Positions 1 through 10,563 of a DNA stretch of 64,000 nucleotides are shown here, piece after piece. The notes under the pieces were generated by a model that did not search any database, had not been told where the DNA came from, and saw only the letters and a list, made by a program, of their open reading frames with translations. Position 1 is the first letter of the stretch. Each line of letters starts with the position of its first letter. This stretch comes from Phycisphaeraceae bacterium. Its GTDB lineage: Bacteria > Planctomycetota > Phycisphaerae > Phycisphaerales > Phycisphaeraceae. The stretch lies in NCBI GenBank assembly GCA_963674705.1, contig OY771506.1, forward strand, positions 512,001-576,000, in the 5' to 3' direction. The translations under genes were made by a program, and so were the position numbers.

Positions 1-563
1 CGCCTAACGATCCCCGCGCCTACGAAGCGGTCTACCGTTACCTGGGTGAACACCCGGATGCGCCCGGGATTATCATCGATGTCAGGTTCAACGGCGGAGG
101 CGGCGAAGACCTGGCGCAAGACCTCGCGGGCTGCTTTATCAGTGAACCTGTCGTCTATGCTAAAAATGTTTACCGCGATCCGAATTCGGAAACAGGCTAC
201 ACCGATGTGCTTGAACGCACACTTTACCCCAACACGGGTCGGCCGCATTACGATGGTAAGATTGCTGTACTCAGCGGTAATGTCGTGATGAGTAGCTGCG
301 AAGCGTTTATCCTGATGATGAAACAGGCACCTAATGCCAGCATCATCGGCGAACCCACCCGCGGCAGCTCCGGCAACCCAAGAAGCTACGACCTGGGCAA
401 CGGCGTCACGGTCTACTTGCCATCCTGGAAGGCCATGCGGCCCGACGGCACAGTATTCGAAGGCGAAGGCATCCAACCCGACTTGCTTGTCGAAACACAA
501 CTAAACGATTTTCAAAATGCCGACCCGGTCCTTGAAGCCGCACTAAAACACCTACGCAAATAA
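1..563 (+). CDS. S41 family peptidase (5'-partial)
   Basis: Frame is open from position 3 and continuous with ORF 207-563. It reads IIIDVRFNGGGG...MSSCEAF...IIGEPTRG...FEGEGIQPDL, typical of S41 C-terminal processing peptidases. Confidence 0.85.
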   Translation, partial: PNDPRAYEAVYRYLGEHPDAPGIIIDVRFNGGGGEDLAQDLAGCFISEPVVYAKNVYRDPNSETGYTDVLERTLYPNTGRPHYDGKIAVLSGNVVMSSCEAFILMMKQAPNASIIGEPTRGSSGNPRSYDLGNGVTVYLPSWKAMRPDGTVFEGEGIQPDLLVETQLNDFQNADPVLEAALKHLRK

Positions 564-603
564 AGGGTCTTACCCCACACCCTAAACCCTACACCCTATC
601 TCA

Positions 604-891
604 ATGCACCGACTCACCGCACACTTCACCGGCCGCGTCCAAGGCGTCGGCTTCCGATACACGACGACGAATGTCGCGCGCAATTACGCGGTGGCGGGTT
701 ATGTCATGAATCTGCCCGACGGCCGAGTGCAACTTGTTGCCGAGGGCGACAAGAAAGAACTGAACGCACTACTCGCAGCGGTCAAGCAGGCCATGGGACG
801 CAACATCACGGACACGAAGTCGGATATCACCGAGGCAAACGGTGAGTTTGGTGATCCGAATGATCCGAAATCATTTAACGTGCGCTATTGA
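604..891 (+). CDS. acyP: Acylphosphatase
   Basis: GRVQGVGFR and GYVMNLPDGRV signature motifs, 95 aa. Confidence 0.93.
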   Translation: MHRLTAHFTGRVQGVGFRYTTTNVARNYAVAGYVMNLPDGRVQLVAEGDKKELNALLAAVKQAMGRNITDTKSDITEANGEFGDPNDPKSFNVRY

Positions 892-916
892 AAGCAAACC
901 ACCGTTCACCATTTAT

Positions 917-3457
917 CTATTGTTTGCCGTACCTGTTCGCCACCTGCATCACCGAGCGTGCAGTCAAACCCTTCATCGTTAATTCAACATCCGAGTTGAT
1001 TATAAACGTCCGGACATCGCCGGGTAATAGTGTTACAGCCTGGTCGTCGATTGTCGCCTTGGGATCGAGTCGGTCGGGATAAAGGATGATGTCGCGTAAT
1101 AGTGTTTTGGCTCTGATAGTCAGGTGGTACGTTCCGCCATCACGTTCGAGTTCCGCTTCATATTCGGGGGCGGGATAGCTGATATCTTTGTCCCGCTGGA
1201 AGAACCAGAACGCACGTTTGTCGCCTAGTTCAGCGATAAGCATTGCATCTTTCTTTGCGAGCATGGTATCCGGGATATCAAAACGATAGGAGCTACGCGG
1301 CTCGATCGATACGGATTGTGCATGTCGGCCGAGTTCCTGACCTTCGATTGTCAATAACCTCACGACACATTCACCGGCCCACAGCTTATCGCAATCGTTG
1401 TGCATACAGGCAACCAAGGGCTTGACAGCGCTGACATTTTCAACAGCTTCCGGGGGCATGATGGTCAGCAAGCGATCGGCGAAGAAACGCCGGGTGGCGT
1501 ACCAGAGCGGCTTGGCTCGACCGTCGCCGTCGATCGCCGCCCAACTCGCGACGGGCCAGCAGTCATTTAATTGCCAGTACAACGCGCCGCTGTTGCGAGG
1601 CGACTGCGAGCGGAACCAACTGCAGCCGAGATCGAGCGCGCGTACCTGATTCAACTGCGCGAGATACCACCAGTTATCGAATTCATTCGCATCGACGTTG
1701 AAGCTGGCGGCGATCAGTCGGTCGGCCCGATCCTGACCGCCTGATTGTTTGTTGTGATGATGGATGGTTTCGGAATCCCATCGGCGTTCGTTTTCGGGGA
1801 CACTGCGAGCAAGTGTAGGCCAGGTCGGCGGGCCGTGGAACCCGAATTCGGAAGCGAAGAGCGGGCGATGCAGCAGGTAATTCATGTAATCCCCGTGCCC
1901 GTTCCAGACATCCCAGTGGTGGTTGTTGCCGACCTCTTCGCCATTAGGGTCGAGATCGGTCGAACCGGAGTACGGGCTGTTCGCCCAGTAGGGACGTGTC
2001 GGATCGATCTCGTGAATCAACTGCGGGAACATTTCAAGCCAGTAGCCCAGCCCCCAGCCTCGCGACTTGTCTTTCGCCGCCTTTTCCCATGCGGGCCCCC
2101 ACTTATACGCGGCCCAGATGCATTCGTTGCCGCCGTTCCACAACACCAGGCTCGGGTGTGACGAGAGGCGCGCAGCATGATAGCGCACTTCCTTTTCGAT
2201 CTCGCTTCGGATTGGATCGACTTCGGGGTAGAGCGCGCATGCGGTGAGAAGGTCCTGCCAGACAAGGATGCCCAGTTCATCGCAGACGTTGTAGAAGTCG
2301 TCCGATTCATACAGCCCGCCGCCCCAGACGCGCAGCATGTTCATATTCGCATCGCGCGCCTGCGTGATACGCTTACGGTAGCGGTCCGGCGTTACACGGT
2401 GCGGGAAACAATCGTCGGGGATCCAGTTTGCGCCTTTGCAGTAGACGCGCCGGCCGTTGATCTTGAAGTGGAATGTCGGTACGTTTGATTCGGCATCCTG
2501 CGTGACAAGCTCGACCGTGCGCAGGCCGATCCGCTTCTGGATGTGGTCAATCTTGTTGCCATTGGCATCAAGAAGCGTGATGCTCAATATGTATAACGGT
2601 TGTTTGCCATATCCGACGGGCCACCATAAGTCAGGACTATCAACCTTGATGGATGCGGTTGCCGTTTTGCCGGTCGTAGCATCTAACTGTGCGGAAGCGA
2701 CTTTTTCACCGCTCGGACCCGTCAATTCATATGCAATCTTGATCGCTTGCCCGCTGTCAGAACCCGCGGCCGCAAGCACATGCAGTGATATCTCGGCGGC
2801 GTTTTTGTCGGCGCTGATTACCAATGGGCGAACGGACTCAATCCGAGCAGTGCCCCACGCTTGAAGATAGATCGGCTGCCAGATGCCAGCGGTGATCAAC
2901 ACGGGGCCCCAGTCCCAGCCGAAGTTGCACGCGAGCTTGCGGATCATGTTGTAAGGCAACTGCGGATCGACACTCGCTCCGGCGTGCGGTAGCGCACCGA
3001 TCGTTTCACGCATCTGCTGCATGTACTGAACAGGCGGATCGAATGTGATGCTTAAGATGTTTCCCGTTTCTCGAAGCGATTGTTTAGTGGTGAACCGATG
3101 CGGGATGAACATGTTCGCGGATTCGCCGATCGGCTGACCGTTCAGTTCAATCCTGGCGACGGTGTCGAGCCCTTCACAGACAAGGTCGATGCATTCGCCG
3201 GCACATACATCAGAAGGCGCATCGAAAGTCGTCGAGTAACACCACTGCACATCGCGGATCCAGAGCTGATCGCGTTCGTTTAATCCGATGTACGGATCGG
3301 GTAGCAGGCCGGCCGCCATCAGGTCGGTATGCACGCAGCCCGGCACGGTCGCGGCAATGCCCTGACCGGCCAGGGCTTGCTTCAGGTCAGCCGGCACAGC
3401 ATCCAGCCCCCCCACCGCTGTCAAACGCCAATTCTTGTTCAATGCGTATTGCTTCAT
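917..3457 (-). CDS. GH2 family glycoside hydrolase, beta-mannosidase-like
   Basis: FGWDWGP, KGANWIP, NMLRVWGGG, WNGGNE (acid/base), FASEFG (nucleophile) and YWQLNDCWP motifs. Start placed at ATG 3457 (MKQY). Confidence 0.9.
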   Translation of the reverse strand: MKQYALNKNWRLTAVGGLDAVPADLKQALAGQGIAATVPGCVHTDLMAAGLLPDPYIGLNERDQLWIRDVQWCYSTTFDAPSDVCAGECIDLVCEGLDTVARIELNGQPIGESANMFIPHRFTTKQSLRETGNILSITFDPPVQYMQQMRETIGALPHAGASVDPQLPYNMIRKLACNFGWDWGPVLITAGIWQPIYLQAWGTARIESVRPLVISADKNAAEISLHVLAAAGSDSGQAIKIAYELTGPSGEKVASAQLDATTGKTATASIKVDSPDLWWPVGYGKQPLYILSITLLDANGNKIDHIQKRIGLRTVELVTQDAESNVPTFHFKINGRRVYCKGANWIPDDCFPHRVTPDRYRKRITQARDANMNMLRVWGGGLYESDDFYNVCDELGILVWQDLLTACALYPEVDPIRSEIEKEVRYHAARLSSHPSLVLWNGGNECIWAAYKWGPAWEKAAKDKSRGWGLGYWLEMFPQLIHEIDPTRPYWANSPYSGSTDLDPNGEEVGNNHHWDVWNGHGDYMNYLLHRPLFASEFGFHGPPTWPTLARSVPENERRWDSETIHHHNKQSGGQDRADRLIAASFNVDANEFDNWWYLAQLNQVRALDLGCSWFRSQSPRNSGALYWQLNDCWPVASWAAIDGDGRAKPLWYATRRFFADRLLTIMPPEAVENVSAVKPLVACMHNDCDKLWAGECVVRLLTIEGQELGRHAQSVSIEPRSSYRFDIPDTMLAKKDAMLIAELGDKRAFWFFQRDKDISYPAPEYEAELERDGGTYHLTIRAKTLLRDIILYPDRLDPKATIDDQAVTLLPGDVRTFIINSDVELTMKGLTARSVMQVANRYGKQ

Positions 3458-3656
3458 GTGTTCTAACTCAATTAAAAAAATGTCCCTCTTGCGAGCGAAC
3501 AATATACAGATAAATCTCTATCACAAAATAAGTCACCCAGACACCGGCTCGGTCCCGGGCAATCTGAGGCCGACACAAGATTTAACGGGTGCACTATCTT
3601 GCACGGTAGTGCAATATGTATTCAGCAGAGCTTGTTTTCTCGCAGCCTAAGAGCAG

Positions 3657-5093
3657 TTACCCGGCGTGCTTACCCTTCAGCGCCATCCCGAAGTAATCAC
3701 GGGCGTTGTTGAAGCAGATGTCTTCAACCATCGCGCCGATGTGATCGTAATCCGCAGGGAGACGGCCCGACTCGATGTCTGCGCCGAGTAAGTCGCAGAG
3801 CACGCGGCGGAAGTATTCGTGCCTGGGATAGGACATGAACGAACGCGAATCGGTCAGCATCCCGACAAATCGACTGAGCAGGCCGATGTTGGACAGCGCA
3901 TTCATCTGCCAGCGCATCGCTTCGTCCTGGTCAAGGAACCACCAGCCCGAGCCGTACTGCATACGTCCGGGTTCCGCTTTCCCGTTGGAGCCCGGCTGCT
4001 GGAAGTTGCCGACCATGGAAGCGAACAGGTAATTGTCCGCGGGGTTCAGGTTGTAAAGAATGGTTTTGGGCAGCGTGCCTCGGTCGGCGAGAGTGCCCAG
4101 GTATTTACTTAAGCCCTCGCCTTGCGGGTAGTCGCCTATCGAATCGTAGCCCGTATCCGGCCCAAGCTCGCGCAGCGCACGCAGGTTGTTGTTGCGCATC
4201 GCGCCAAGATGCAACTGCCTGACCCAGCCCCGGTCCGCATCGAAACCGGCCAGGTGCAGCATCATGTACATCACAAAACGTTCCGCTTCTTCTTTGGCAA
4301 CCTCATCGCCGTGACGGAGCTTGGCGAAGATAGTCTTCGCCTGGGCGTCCGTGCAATTGACTGCAGGCAAGTGCGTCAGCCCGTGGTCCGACAGCCGGCA
4401 GCCCGCGACGTGGAAGTATGTATGTCGTTGTTTGAGCGCGGAAAGAAATCCTTCAAGGTCGTTGCATGCCATGCCCGCCGCGTTGGCGATCCGGTCGACG
4501 TAGATGCTCCATGCATCCGGGTCGGCTGTGGCAAACGCACGGTCCGGGCGAAAGGCCGGATACACCGCGGTGTCTTTGAACTGACCTTCGTCGCGGATTC
4601 TTGCGTGCAACTTCAGGTTGTCCACCGGATCGTCCGTCGTGCAGATCAGCGCAACGTTGAACTTATCGAGTATCGCGGACACGGGCATCTGCTTGAGCTT
4701 CGCGTTGGCTTCATCCCAGATGTCTTTAGCGGTGTCGCCGTTGAGCGGGATATCGATGTCGAAGTAACGCTTCAGCTCGAGGTGGGTCCAGTGATAGAGC
4801 GGATTGCGCAAAGTCTTGGGTACGGTTTGCGCCCATGCGAGGAACTTATCGAAGGGGTCTGCAGTCCCGGTGATGAACTGCTCATCCACACCGTTGGCGC
4901 GCATTGCACGCCATTTGTAGTGGTCGCCCTCAAGCCAGACCTCGGCCAGGTCGGCAAAAACCCGGTTCTCCGCCAGGTCGTCCGGCGGCAGATGGCAGTG
5001 GTAGTCGTAAATAGGTCGGCCTTGTGCGTATTGGTGATACAGCTTGCGGGCCGCGTCCGTAGAAAACAGGAAGTCGTCGTGGAGAAATGGCAT
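3657..5093 (-). CDS. uxaC: Glucuronate isomerase
   Basis: IYDYHCHL, GDHYKWRAMR, CTTDDP, GSGWWFLDQ and GMLTDSRSFMSYPRHEYFRR motifs. Confidence 0.96.
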   Translation of the reverse strand: MPFLHDDFLFSTDAARKLYHQYAQGRPIYDYHCHLPPDDLAENRVFADLAEVWLEGDHYKWRAMRANGVDEQFITGTADPFDKFLAWAQTVPKTLRNPLYHWTHLELKRYFDIDIPLNGDTAKDIWDEANAKLKQMPVSAILDKFNVALICTTDDPVDNLKLHARIRDEGQFKDTAVYPAFRPDRAFATADPDAWSIYVDRIANAAGMACNDLEGFLSALKQRHTYFHVAGCRLSDHGLTHLPAVNCTDAQAKTIFAKLRHGDEVAKEEAERFVMYMMLHLAGFDADRGWVRQLHLGAMRNNNLRALRELGPDTGYDSIGDYPQGEGLSKYLGTLADRGTLPKTILYNLNPADNYLFASMVGNFQQPGSNGKAEPGRMQYGSGWWFLDQDEAMRWQMNALSNIGLLSRFVGMLTDSRSFMSYPRHEYFRRVLCDLLGADIESGRLPADYDHIGAMVEDICFNNARDYFGMALKGKHAG

Positions 5094-5180
5094 GGGTATA
5101 TCCTAAATCATTCATCTAATCACAGCTACAGGAAAAAAGGGATCAGAATGCCTAACTTTTTAAAAAGTCTCCCCGAGGAT

Positions 5181-6545
5181 TCACTCAAAGTGGAATATGG
5201 GTGACGGTGTGTGAGCAGCTTTCATAGCATGACTCATGCGGTCAACAAGAGCTGGATGGTCGGCAGCCACGTCTTGCGCTTCACCAGGGTCAGTAGGCAG
5301 GTGGTAGAGTTCAATCGGGGCGTTACGGTTGGTGCCAACGTTCAAGCGAACAGCTTTCCAATCGCCTATCCGCACCGCCTGCTTCCCCCCCCTTTCATAA
5401 AACTCCCAGTAAAGGTATTCATGCTCTTGCTGTAATTCGTCTCGTCCAAGAAGCGTCGGGGCGATGGAGATGCCATCCAGGCCGGTAGGTGCTTCGGCGC
5501 CAGCCAGGTCTAAGGCGGTGGGGACAAAATCCCAAAACGCGGTCACCAGATCACTCTGCGTTCCAGCCGGAACTGTACCTGGCCACCAGGCGATCTGAGC
5601 GGTGCGGATACCGCCTTCATAAAGATCTCGCTTGCCCCCACGTAGCGGGCCGTTGGAGTTGAAGAACTCCGGGTCTGCCCCTCCCTCGAAGTGCGGGCCG
5701 TTGTCGGATGCGAAAATGACAAGCGTATTCTTATCGATATCCAATTCTTTGAGATGATCCAGGACACGGCCGACGGATTCATCAATAAAGGCAACCATAC
5801 CGGCATAAGCAGCACGTGGTTCGGGTTGGTGGTAATACCCCCCTTTCGTGTTCGGCGTCTCCTCGAACTTGCCCCTGAATGAAGCCATGTACTTATGAGG
5901 CACGGTCAGGTCGGCATGAGGCGGCGTAAGTGAAAGGTGCAGGAAGAACGGGCCTTGCTTGTTATCTGAGATCCATTGGATCGCATCTTCGACAAACAGT
6001 GCATTGGCATAGGTATCGCCAGTCATGCCTTGATTACCGGGCAGCTGGATCTTTTCACCATTCCGGTAAAGCATAGTAGGGTAGTTCCGGTGTGCCGCGC
6101 TGTGTGCGAGGAATCCGAAGTAGTGGTCGAAACCCTTGTCGTTAGGAAGTGTTGCATCCTCGGAGTTACAACCGAGGCCGGACTTGCCGATCATCGCGGT
6201 GTGATAGCCGAGGTTTTTCAGCCTTGATGCGATGGTGATGTCTTCGGGATCGCGTCTGAACTGGACCTTTCCGTTCCCACGCTGCCAGACATGGCCGGTG
6301 TGTTGCCCGGTAAGAAGTGTGGCACGGCTTGGCGCACAGACGGTGCTGCCGGAATAAGCCTGAGTAAAATGCATGCCCTGCTGCGCCATCTGATCCAGGC
6401 GCGGCGTTTGCCAGTGTTGCTGGCCCAGGCATGAAAGATCGTGCTGTCCCAGATCGTCAACGAGAATATAGATGATGTTTGGCTGATCGGCTGCGGCAGC
6501 AACCGTAGTCAGTATCAGGCAGATTAATGAGAATAAAAGGTACAT
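5181..6545 (-). CDS. Secreted arylsulfatase (S1 family)
   Basis: Signal peptide, PNIIYILVDDLG, formylglycine motif CAPSRATLLTG, SDNG and LRGGKRDLYEGGIR. Confidence 0.93.
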   Translation of the reverse strand: MYLLFSLICLILTTVAAAADQPNIIYILVDDLGQHDLSCLGQQHWQTPRLDQMAQQGMHFTQAYSGSTVCAPSRATLLTGQHTGHVWQRGNGKVQFRRDPEDITIASRLKNLGYHTAMIGKSGLGCNSEDATLPNDKGFDHYFGFLAHSAAHRNYPTMLYRNGEKIQLPGNQGMTGDTYANALFVEDAIQWISDNKQGPFFLHLSLTPPHADLTVPHKYMASFRGKFEETPNTKGGYYHQPEPRAAYAGMVAFIDESVGRVLDHLKELDIDKNTLVIFASDNGPHFEGGADPEFFNSNGPLRGGKRDLYEGGIRTAQIAWWPGTVPAGTQSDLVTAFWDFVPTALDLAGAEAPTGLDGISIAPTLLGRDELQQEHEYLYWEFYERGGKQAVRIGDWKAVRLNVGTNRNAPIELYHLPTDPGEAQDVAADHPALVDRMSHAMKAAHTPSPIFHFE

Positions 6546-6876
6546 GACATGAGCTTTCTACTGGATTACCGATGGCTGGATCGTATTGGCAGCATATGGT
6601 AATTCAACCGCTCAGGTGTGCGAGTTCTGCTCATCGTTATCAGGCCTCCCATGAGCGACAATCTCATATCGGTGTCTTCCGGGTGATCTCAGGCATCCTG
6701 ATTTATTAGCAGCCCTTCAATGCTTGATCCGTTTAATACGGCATAAATGCCGGGGTTGCCAGAAATAATATTCAACTGGCCAGGTTTTGGGCCCATTCTA
6801 GGGGACAAAAGACCTTGAGTTCGTTAACATCTGGACTTGCAAAATCTTTCCCTGTGGATCGTTGAGGAGCACTTGG

Positions 6877-8214
6877 ATGAGCAACGACCTTTCTGAATCG
6901 GCCCCGGTCGCTGGGTCGAAGAATTCTGCAGCCGTTCGGCTGAGCGTGATGATGTTTCTTCAGTATGCGGTGTGGGGGGTGTGGCTGCCGCTGTTATCGA
7001 GGTATCTGGGTGCGGGGGTTGAAGACGGCGGGCTTGGGTTCACCGGCGCACAGATCGGGTGGATCCTGGGGCTGGCCGGTTCGATCGGTGCGGTCACCGG
7101 GCCGTTCATTGCCGGGCAGGTCGCCGACCGGTACATGAACGCAGAAAGAGCGTTGGGCTTGCTGCTGTTTCTCGGCGGCATCGTGCAGTACATCCTGTCG
7201 CTGCAAACGTCGTATACCGCGTGGCTTGCTCTGTCGATCGTGTATTCGATTCTTTACATGCCGACTCTTGCACTGACCAACAGTGTCGCATTTGCGAACC
7301 TGGACGATCCGGAGCGGAAGTTCCCGCCGGTGCGTTCGCTGGGCACGATCGGCTGGATCGTCGCATCCGTGGCGTTCCCGTTGATCTGGATGAGTAAGCC
7401 GGATAGCATCACGATGTTGAAGGGATGGCCCTTTATTGGTGGTGATCCAAGCGATAATGCCACAGCCCAGATCGCGGTGGCTCTGCAAGTATCCGGTGTC
7501 GTGTCGATCATCTACGCGATCTACAGCGTCATCGTGCTGCCGAAGACCCCGCCAAAGAAAGATGTGCAGCACCCGCTGGCGTTTGCCGAGGCGTTCAGCC
7601 TGTTCAAGCGTTTGGACTTCACCGTCCTGACGATCGCGGCGTTGCTGATTTCCATGATCCACAACTGCTACTTCATCCGCACGGGGCCGTACCTGGTCGA
7701 GGCGGTCGGCTTCACGGACGACAAGATCGGACCGGTCATGGCGCTGGGTCAGATCAGCGAGATCGTCGTACTGGCTGTGTTGGGGCTGTTTATTAAGAAG
7801 CTGGGGTATAAATGGGTACTGACGCTAGGCGCATTGTCGTTCGCGTTGCGGTACGGCTTGTTCGCGTTTGTGCTCTCGGCCGACGTCCCGAGCAAAGCGA
7901 TCGTACAAGGCGCGATGCTGCTGCACGGCCTGAACTATGGCTTCTTCTTCGCGGGCTCGTTCCTCTTTGTCGAAAAAATCGCCTCGGTGGATATCCGCCA
8001 CTCGGCCCAGACCGTGTTCGGGATCATCATCCTGGGCATGGGCCCGGTGCTGGCCGGCTTCTACAACGGGAAGTTTGACAGATTTAAAGGTGTCCAGGAT
8101 CAGCAGTTATACGACGTATTCTGGTGGACACAGGCGGGTATCGCAGCGTTCGTGATGCTGATGATGCTGATCGCGTTCTGGCCACCCAAGGCAAAAAGTG
8201 ATGTAAGCAATTGA
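6877..8214 (+). CDS. MFS transporter, nucleoside:H+ symporter (NupG/YegT-like) family
   Basis: MMFLQYAVWGVW, GQVADRY, YMPTLALTNS, FPPVRSLGTIGW and GQISE motifs; about 12 hydrophobic segments; GAGGAG RBS before ATG 6877. Confidence 0.88.
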   Translation: MSNDLSESAPVAGSKNSAAVRLSVMMFLQYAVWGVWLPLLSRYLGAGVEDGGLGFTGAQIGWILGLAGSIGAVTGPFIAGQVADRYMNAERALGLLLFLGGIVQYILSLQTSYTAWLALSIVYSILYMPTLALTNSVAFANLDDPERKFPPVRSLGTIGWIVASVAFPLIWMSKPDSITMLKGWPFIGGDPSDNATAQIAVALQVSGVVSIIYAIYSVIVLPKTPPKKDVQHPLAFAEAFSLFKRLDFTVLTIAALLISMIHNCYFIRTGPYLVEAVGFTDDKIGPVMALGQISEIVVLAVLGLFIKKLGYKWVLTLGALSFALRYGLFAFVLSADVPSKAIVQGAMLLHGLNYGFFFAGSFLFVEKIASVDIRHSAQTVFGIIILGMGPVLAGFYNGKFDRFKGVQDQQLYDVFWWTQAGIAAFVMLMMLIAFWPPKAKSDVSN

Positions 8215-8384
8215 TAACAAAAAGCCTAGCGTACACACACCAACCGTGTAACGCATGGATACATAAGACGTATACTGCTGGCTTGGCTACGCACATTGGA
8301 AGGATCAAACACAAAGGCCCATCAATGTTTGAAGATAAAATGTTCGCTGGTTGTTTTGGCTTCCTGAATTGGAGGAATGGATTG

Positions 8385-9098
8385 ATGTTAAGCAAACTGA
8401 TGTTGTGTGCCGTAGTGCTGGTTGGCTGTGCGGGCATGCAAGCCGGGTCTGATGATGCACAGGCTCCGAATACGCTGACCAAGAAAGAAAAGACCGACGG
8501 CTGGGAGCTGTTGTTTGATGGCAAGTCGATGGATAAGTGGCGCGGCTATCAAAAAGAAGACATGCCCGAGGGCTGGGTGATCGAAGGCGACAGCATCGTC
8601 ATGACCGGTGGCGGCGGCGACATCGTCACACGCGAGCAGTTCGACAACTTCGAACTGAAACTGGAATGGAAGATCCAGGAAGGCGGTAACTCCGGCATCT
8701 TCTATCGCGCCAACGAAGACCATCCCCGCATCTATGAAAGCGCCCCCGAGATGCAGGTGCTGGATAACAACAAGCACAACGATGGTAAAAACACGCTGAC
8801 CAGTGCCGGTGCCAATTATGGCCTGATAGCCGCGGTTCGCGATGTGACCCGACCTATCGGCGAATTCAACGAGGTCATGATCCTTGTCAACGGCAATCAC
8901 GTTGAACATCACTTGAACGGCGTCAAGCTGCTCGAATACGAACTGGGCTCCGACGAATGGAAAGAACTGGTCGCTAAATCAAAGTTCAAGGACTGGCCCG
9001 ATTACGGCAAGTTATCAAAGGGCTACATCGGCCTGCAGGACCACGGCGACAAGGTCTGGTACCGCAACATTAAGATCCGTCGTCTGAACGAAAAATAA
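8385..9098 (+). CDS. DUF1080 (3-keto-glycoside hydratase / 3-keto-disaccharide hydrolase family) exported protein
   Basis: GWELLFDGK, NFELKLEWK, GGNSGIFY, PEMQVLD and GYIGLQDHGDKVWYRNIKIR. GGAGG RBS before ATG 8385; signal/lipoprotein-like N-terminus. Confidence 0.9.
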   Translation: MLSKLMLCAVVLVGCAGMQAGSDDAQAPNTLTKKEKTDGWELLFDGKSMDKWRGYQKEDMPEGWVIEGDSIVMTGGGGDIVTREQFDNFELKLEWKIQEGGNSGIFYRANEDHPRIYESAPEMQVLDNNKHNDGKNTLTSAGANYGLIAAVRDVTRPIGEFNEVMILVNGNHVEHHLNGVKLLEYELGSDEWKELVAKSKFKDWPDYGKLSKGYIGLQDHGDKVWYRNIKIRRLNEK

Positions 9099-9136
9099 TC
9101 ACAGAAAAGCAATCACCTAATTTGGGAGTTTATATC

Positions 9137-10495
9137 GTGAGTTCACCTACCCCCCCCGCCGACCCCAAACAACCGTCCGGCCATTCACGCCGTGACTTCA
9201 TCGCACGCACGGCCGCGCTGGCCGGCAGCGCCGTCATTCTGGGCACCGCCGCTTCAAAATCCCAGGCCAAGATCGGCCTGCCCGACAAGGCGAAAATACC
9301 CAAGTCCGGCAAACGCGCCACGCTTGGACCGAATGACCCGATCAAGCTCGGTGTCATCGGTGTCGGCGGCATGGGCAGCGGACACGTGAACGCCTATCTC
9401 AACTTCGCACAAGAGAATCAGGAAAACGTCCAGATTGTCGCGCTGTGCGACGTATGCGAACCCCGATGGAACAACGCGCTGAACGCCTGTAAAGAAAAGC
9501 AGCCCGGCGTCGATGTCAAGACGTATACCAAGCACGAAGAACTGCTGGCACGTGATGATATCCACGGCGTGGTCGTCGCTACCACCGAACACTGGCACGG
9601 CCCGATCAGCATCGACGCGATCGAGGCCGGCAAAGACGTCTACTGCGAAAAGCCGATGACGCTCCGCCTGCCTGAGGCGTTACTGATGCGTGAAGTCTCC
9701 AAGGCCAACCCCGACATCATCGTGCAGGTCGGCACGCAGCAGATGATGCGGCCGAAGTTCACCGCCGCCCGCAAGCTGTTGGAAGAAGGCGCGATCGGTC
9801 AGCCCACGTTCTGCCAGACAAGTTATTGCCGCAACAACAAGGAAGGCGAATGGCTCTACTACGGTATCGACCCGTCATGGGAGCCGGGTGTGAACCTGGA
9901 CTGGGAACGCTGGTGCGGCCCGCTCGGTCACTATGACTGGAACCCGCGCCTGTACGCAAGCTGGCGCCGCTACAAGGACTTCTCCACCGGCATCATCGGC
10001 GACCTGCTGGTCCACGTGATGACCCCCATGATGTACGCGCTGCAGGCCGGCTGGCCGACACGCGTCGTCGCCTCCGGCGGGCACTACGTAGACAAGGCCA
10101 TGGAAAACCACGACCAGGTCAACATCAACGTCGAGTTCGAGAACGGCCCGACCATGGTCGTCGCCGGCTCAACGTCCAACGACATCGGCCTGCAGGAACT
10201 GATCCGCGGCCACAAGGCGGACATCTACCTCAACAGCCGTAACTGCGTGCTCCAGCCCGAGCGCGTTTATGTCGACGATGTCGACGCGCAGGAGATCATG
10301 GCTGAAGACATCGGCAACGATCAGAACGCCCTGCGTCGTGACTGGCTTAACAGCATCCGCACACGTAAGCCCAACCGCAGCCCGGTAGACCTGGCCGCAC
10401 AGGTCATGGTCATCGTAGACTTGGCGACCCGGTCGATGTGGGAAGGTCACGCCTACAAGTTCGACTCGAAGACACTGACCGCCGACAAGATCTGA
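9137..10495 (+). CDS. Tat-exported Gfo/Idh/MocA oxidoreductase
   Basis: SRRDFI Tat motif, GVIGVGGMG, ATTEHWH, KDVYCEKP and VQVGTQ. GTG start inferred from the GGAG RBS. Confidence 0.9.
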   Translation: MSSPTPPADPKQPSGHSRRDFIARTAALAGSAVILGTAASKSQAKIGLPDKAKIPKSGKRATLGPNDPIKLGVIGVGGMGSGHVNAYLNFAQENQENVQIVALCDVCEPRWNNALNACKEKQPGVDVKTYTKHEELLARDDIHGVVVATTEHWHGPISIDAIEAGKDVYCEKPMTLRLPEALLMREVSKANPDIIVQVGTQQMMRPKFTAARKLLEEGAIGQPTFCQTSYCRNNKEGEWLYYGIDPSWEPGVNLDWERWCGPLGHYDWNPRLYASWRRYKDFSTGIIGDLLVHVMTPMMYALQAGWPTRVVASGGHYVDKAMENHDQVNINVEFENGPTMVVAGSTSNDIGLQELIRGHKADIYLNSRNCVLQPERVYVDDVDAQEIMAEDIGNDQNALRRDWLNSIRTRKPNRSPVDLAAQVMVIVDLATRSMWEGHAYKFDSKTLTADKI

Positions 10496-10510
10496 TAAAG
10501 ATAAACCATA

Positions 10511-10546
10511 CGACCCCTTCCCCTGACAGGGCGGGGGTCGCTTTTT
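10511..10546 (+). terminator. Rho-independent terminator / attenuating hairpin
   Basis: CGACCCCTTCCCCT-GAC-AGGGCGGGGGTCG stem followed by CTTTTT, directly after the stop at 10495. Confidence 0.65.
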
Positions 10547-10563
10547 AGGCCTGTAGGAAACCG

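Noticed and set aside
4122..5204. Long antisense ORFs (also 14814-15728, 25085-26263, 31888-33066, 34695-35744, 41269-42630, 61305-62129)
   Set aside because: They lie opposite well-supported genes and have no recognisable motifs; typical shadow ORFs of GC-rich coding DNA.
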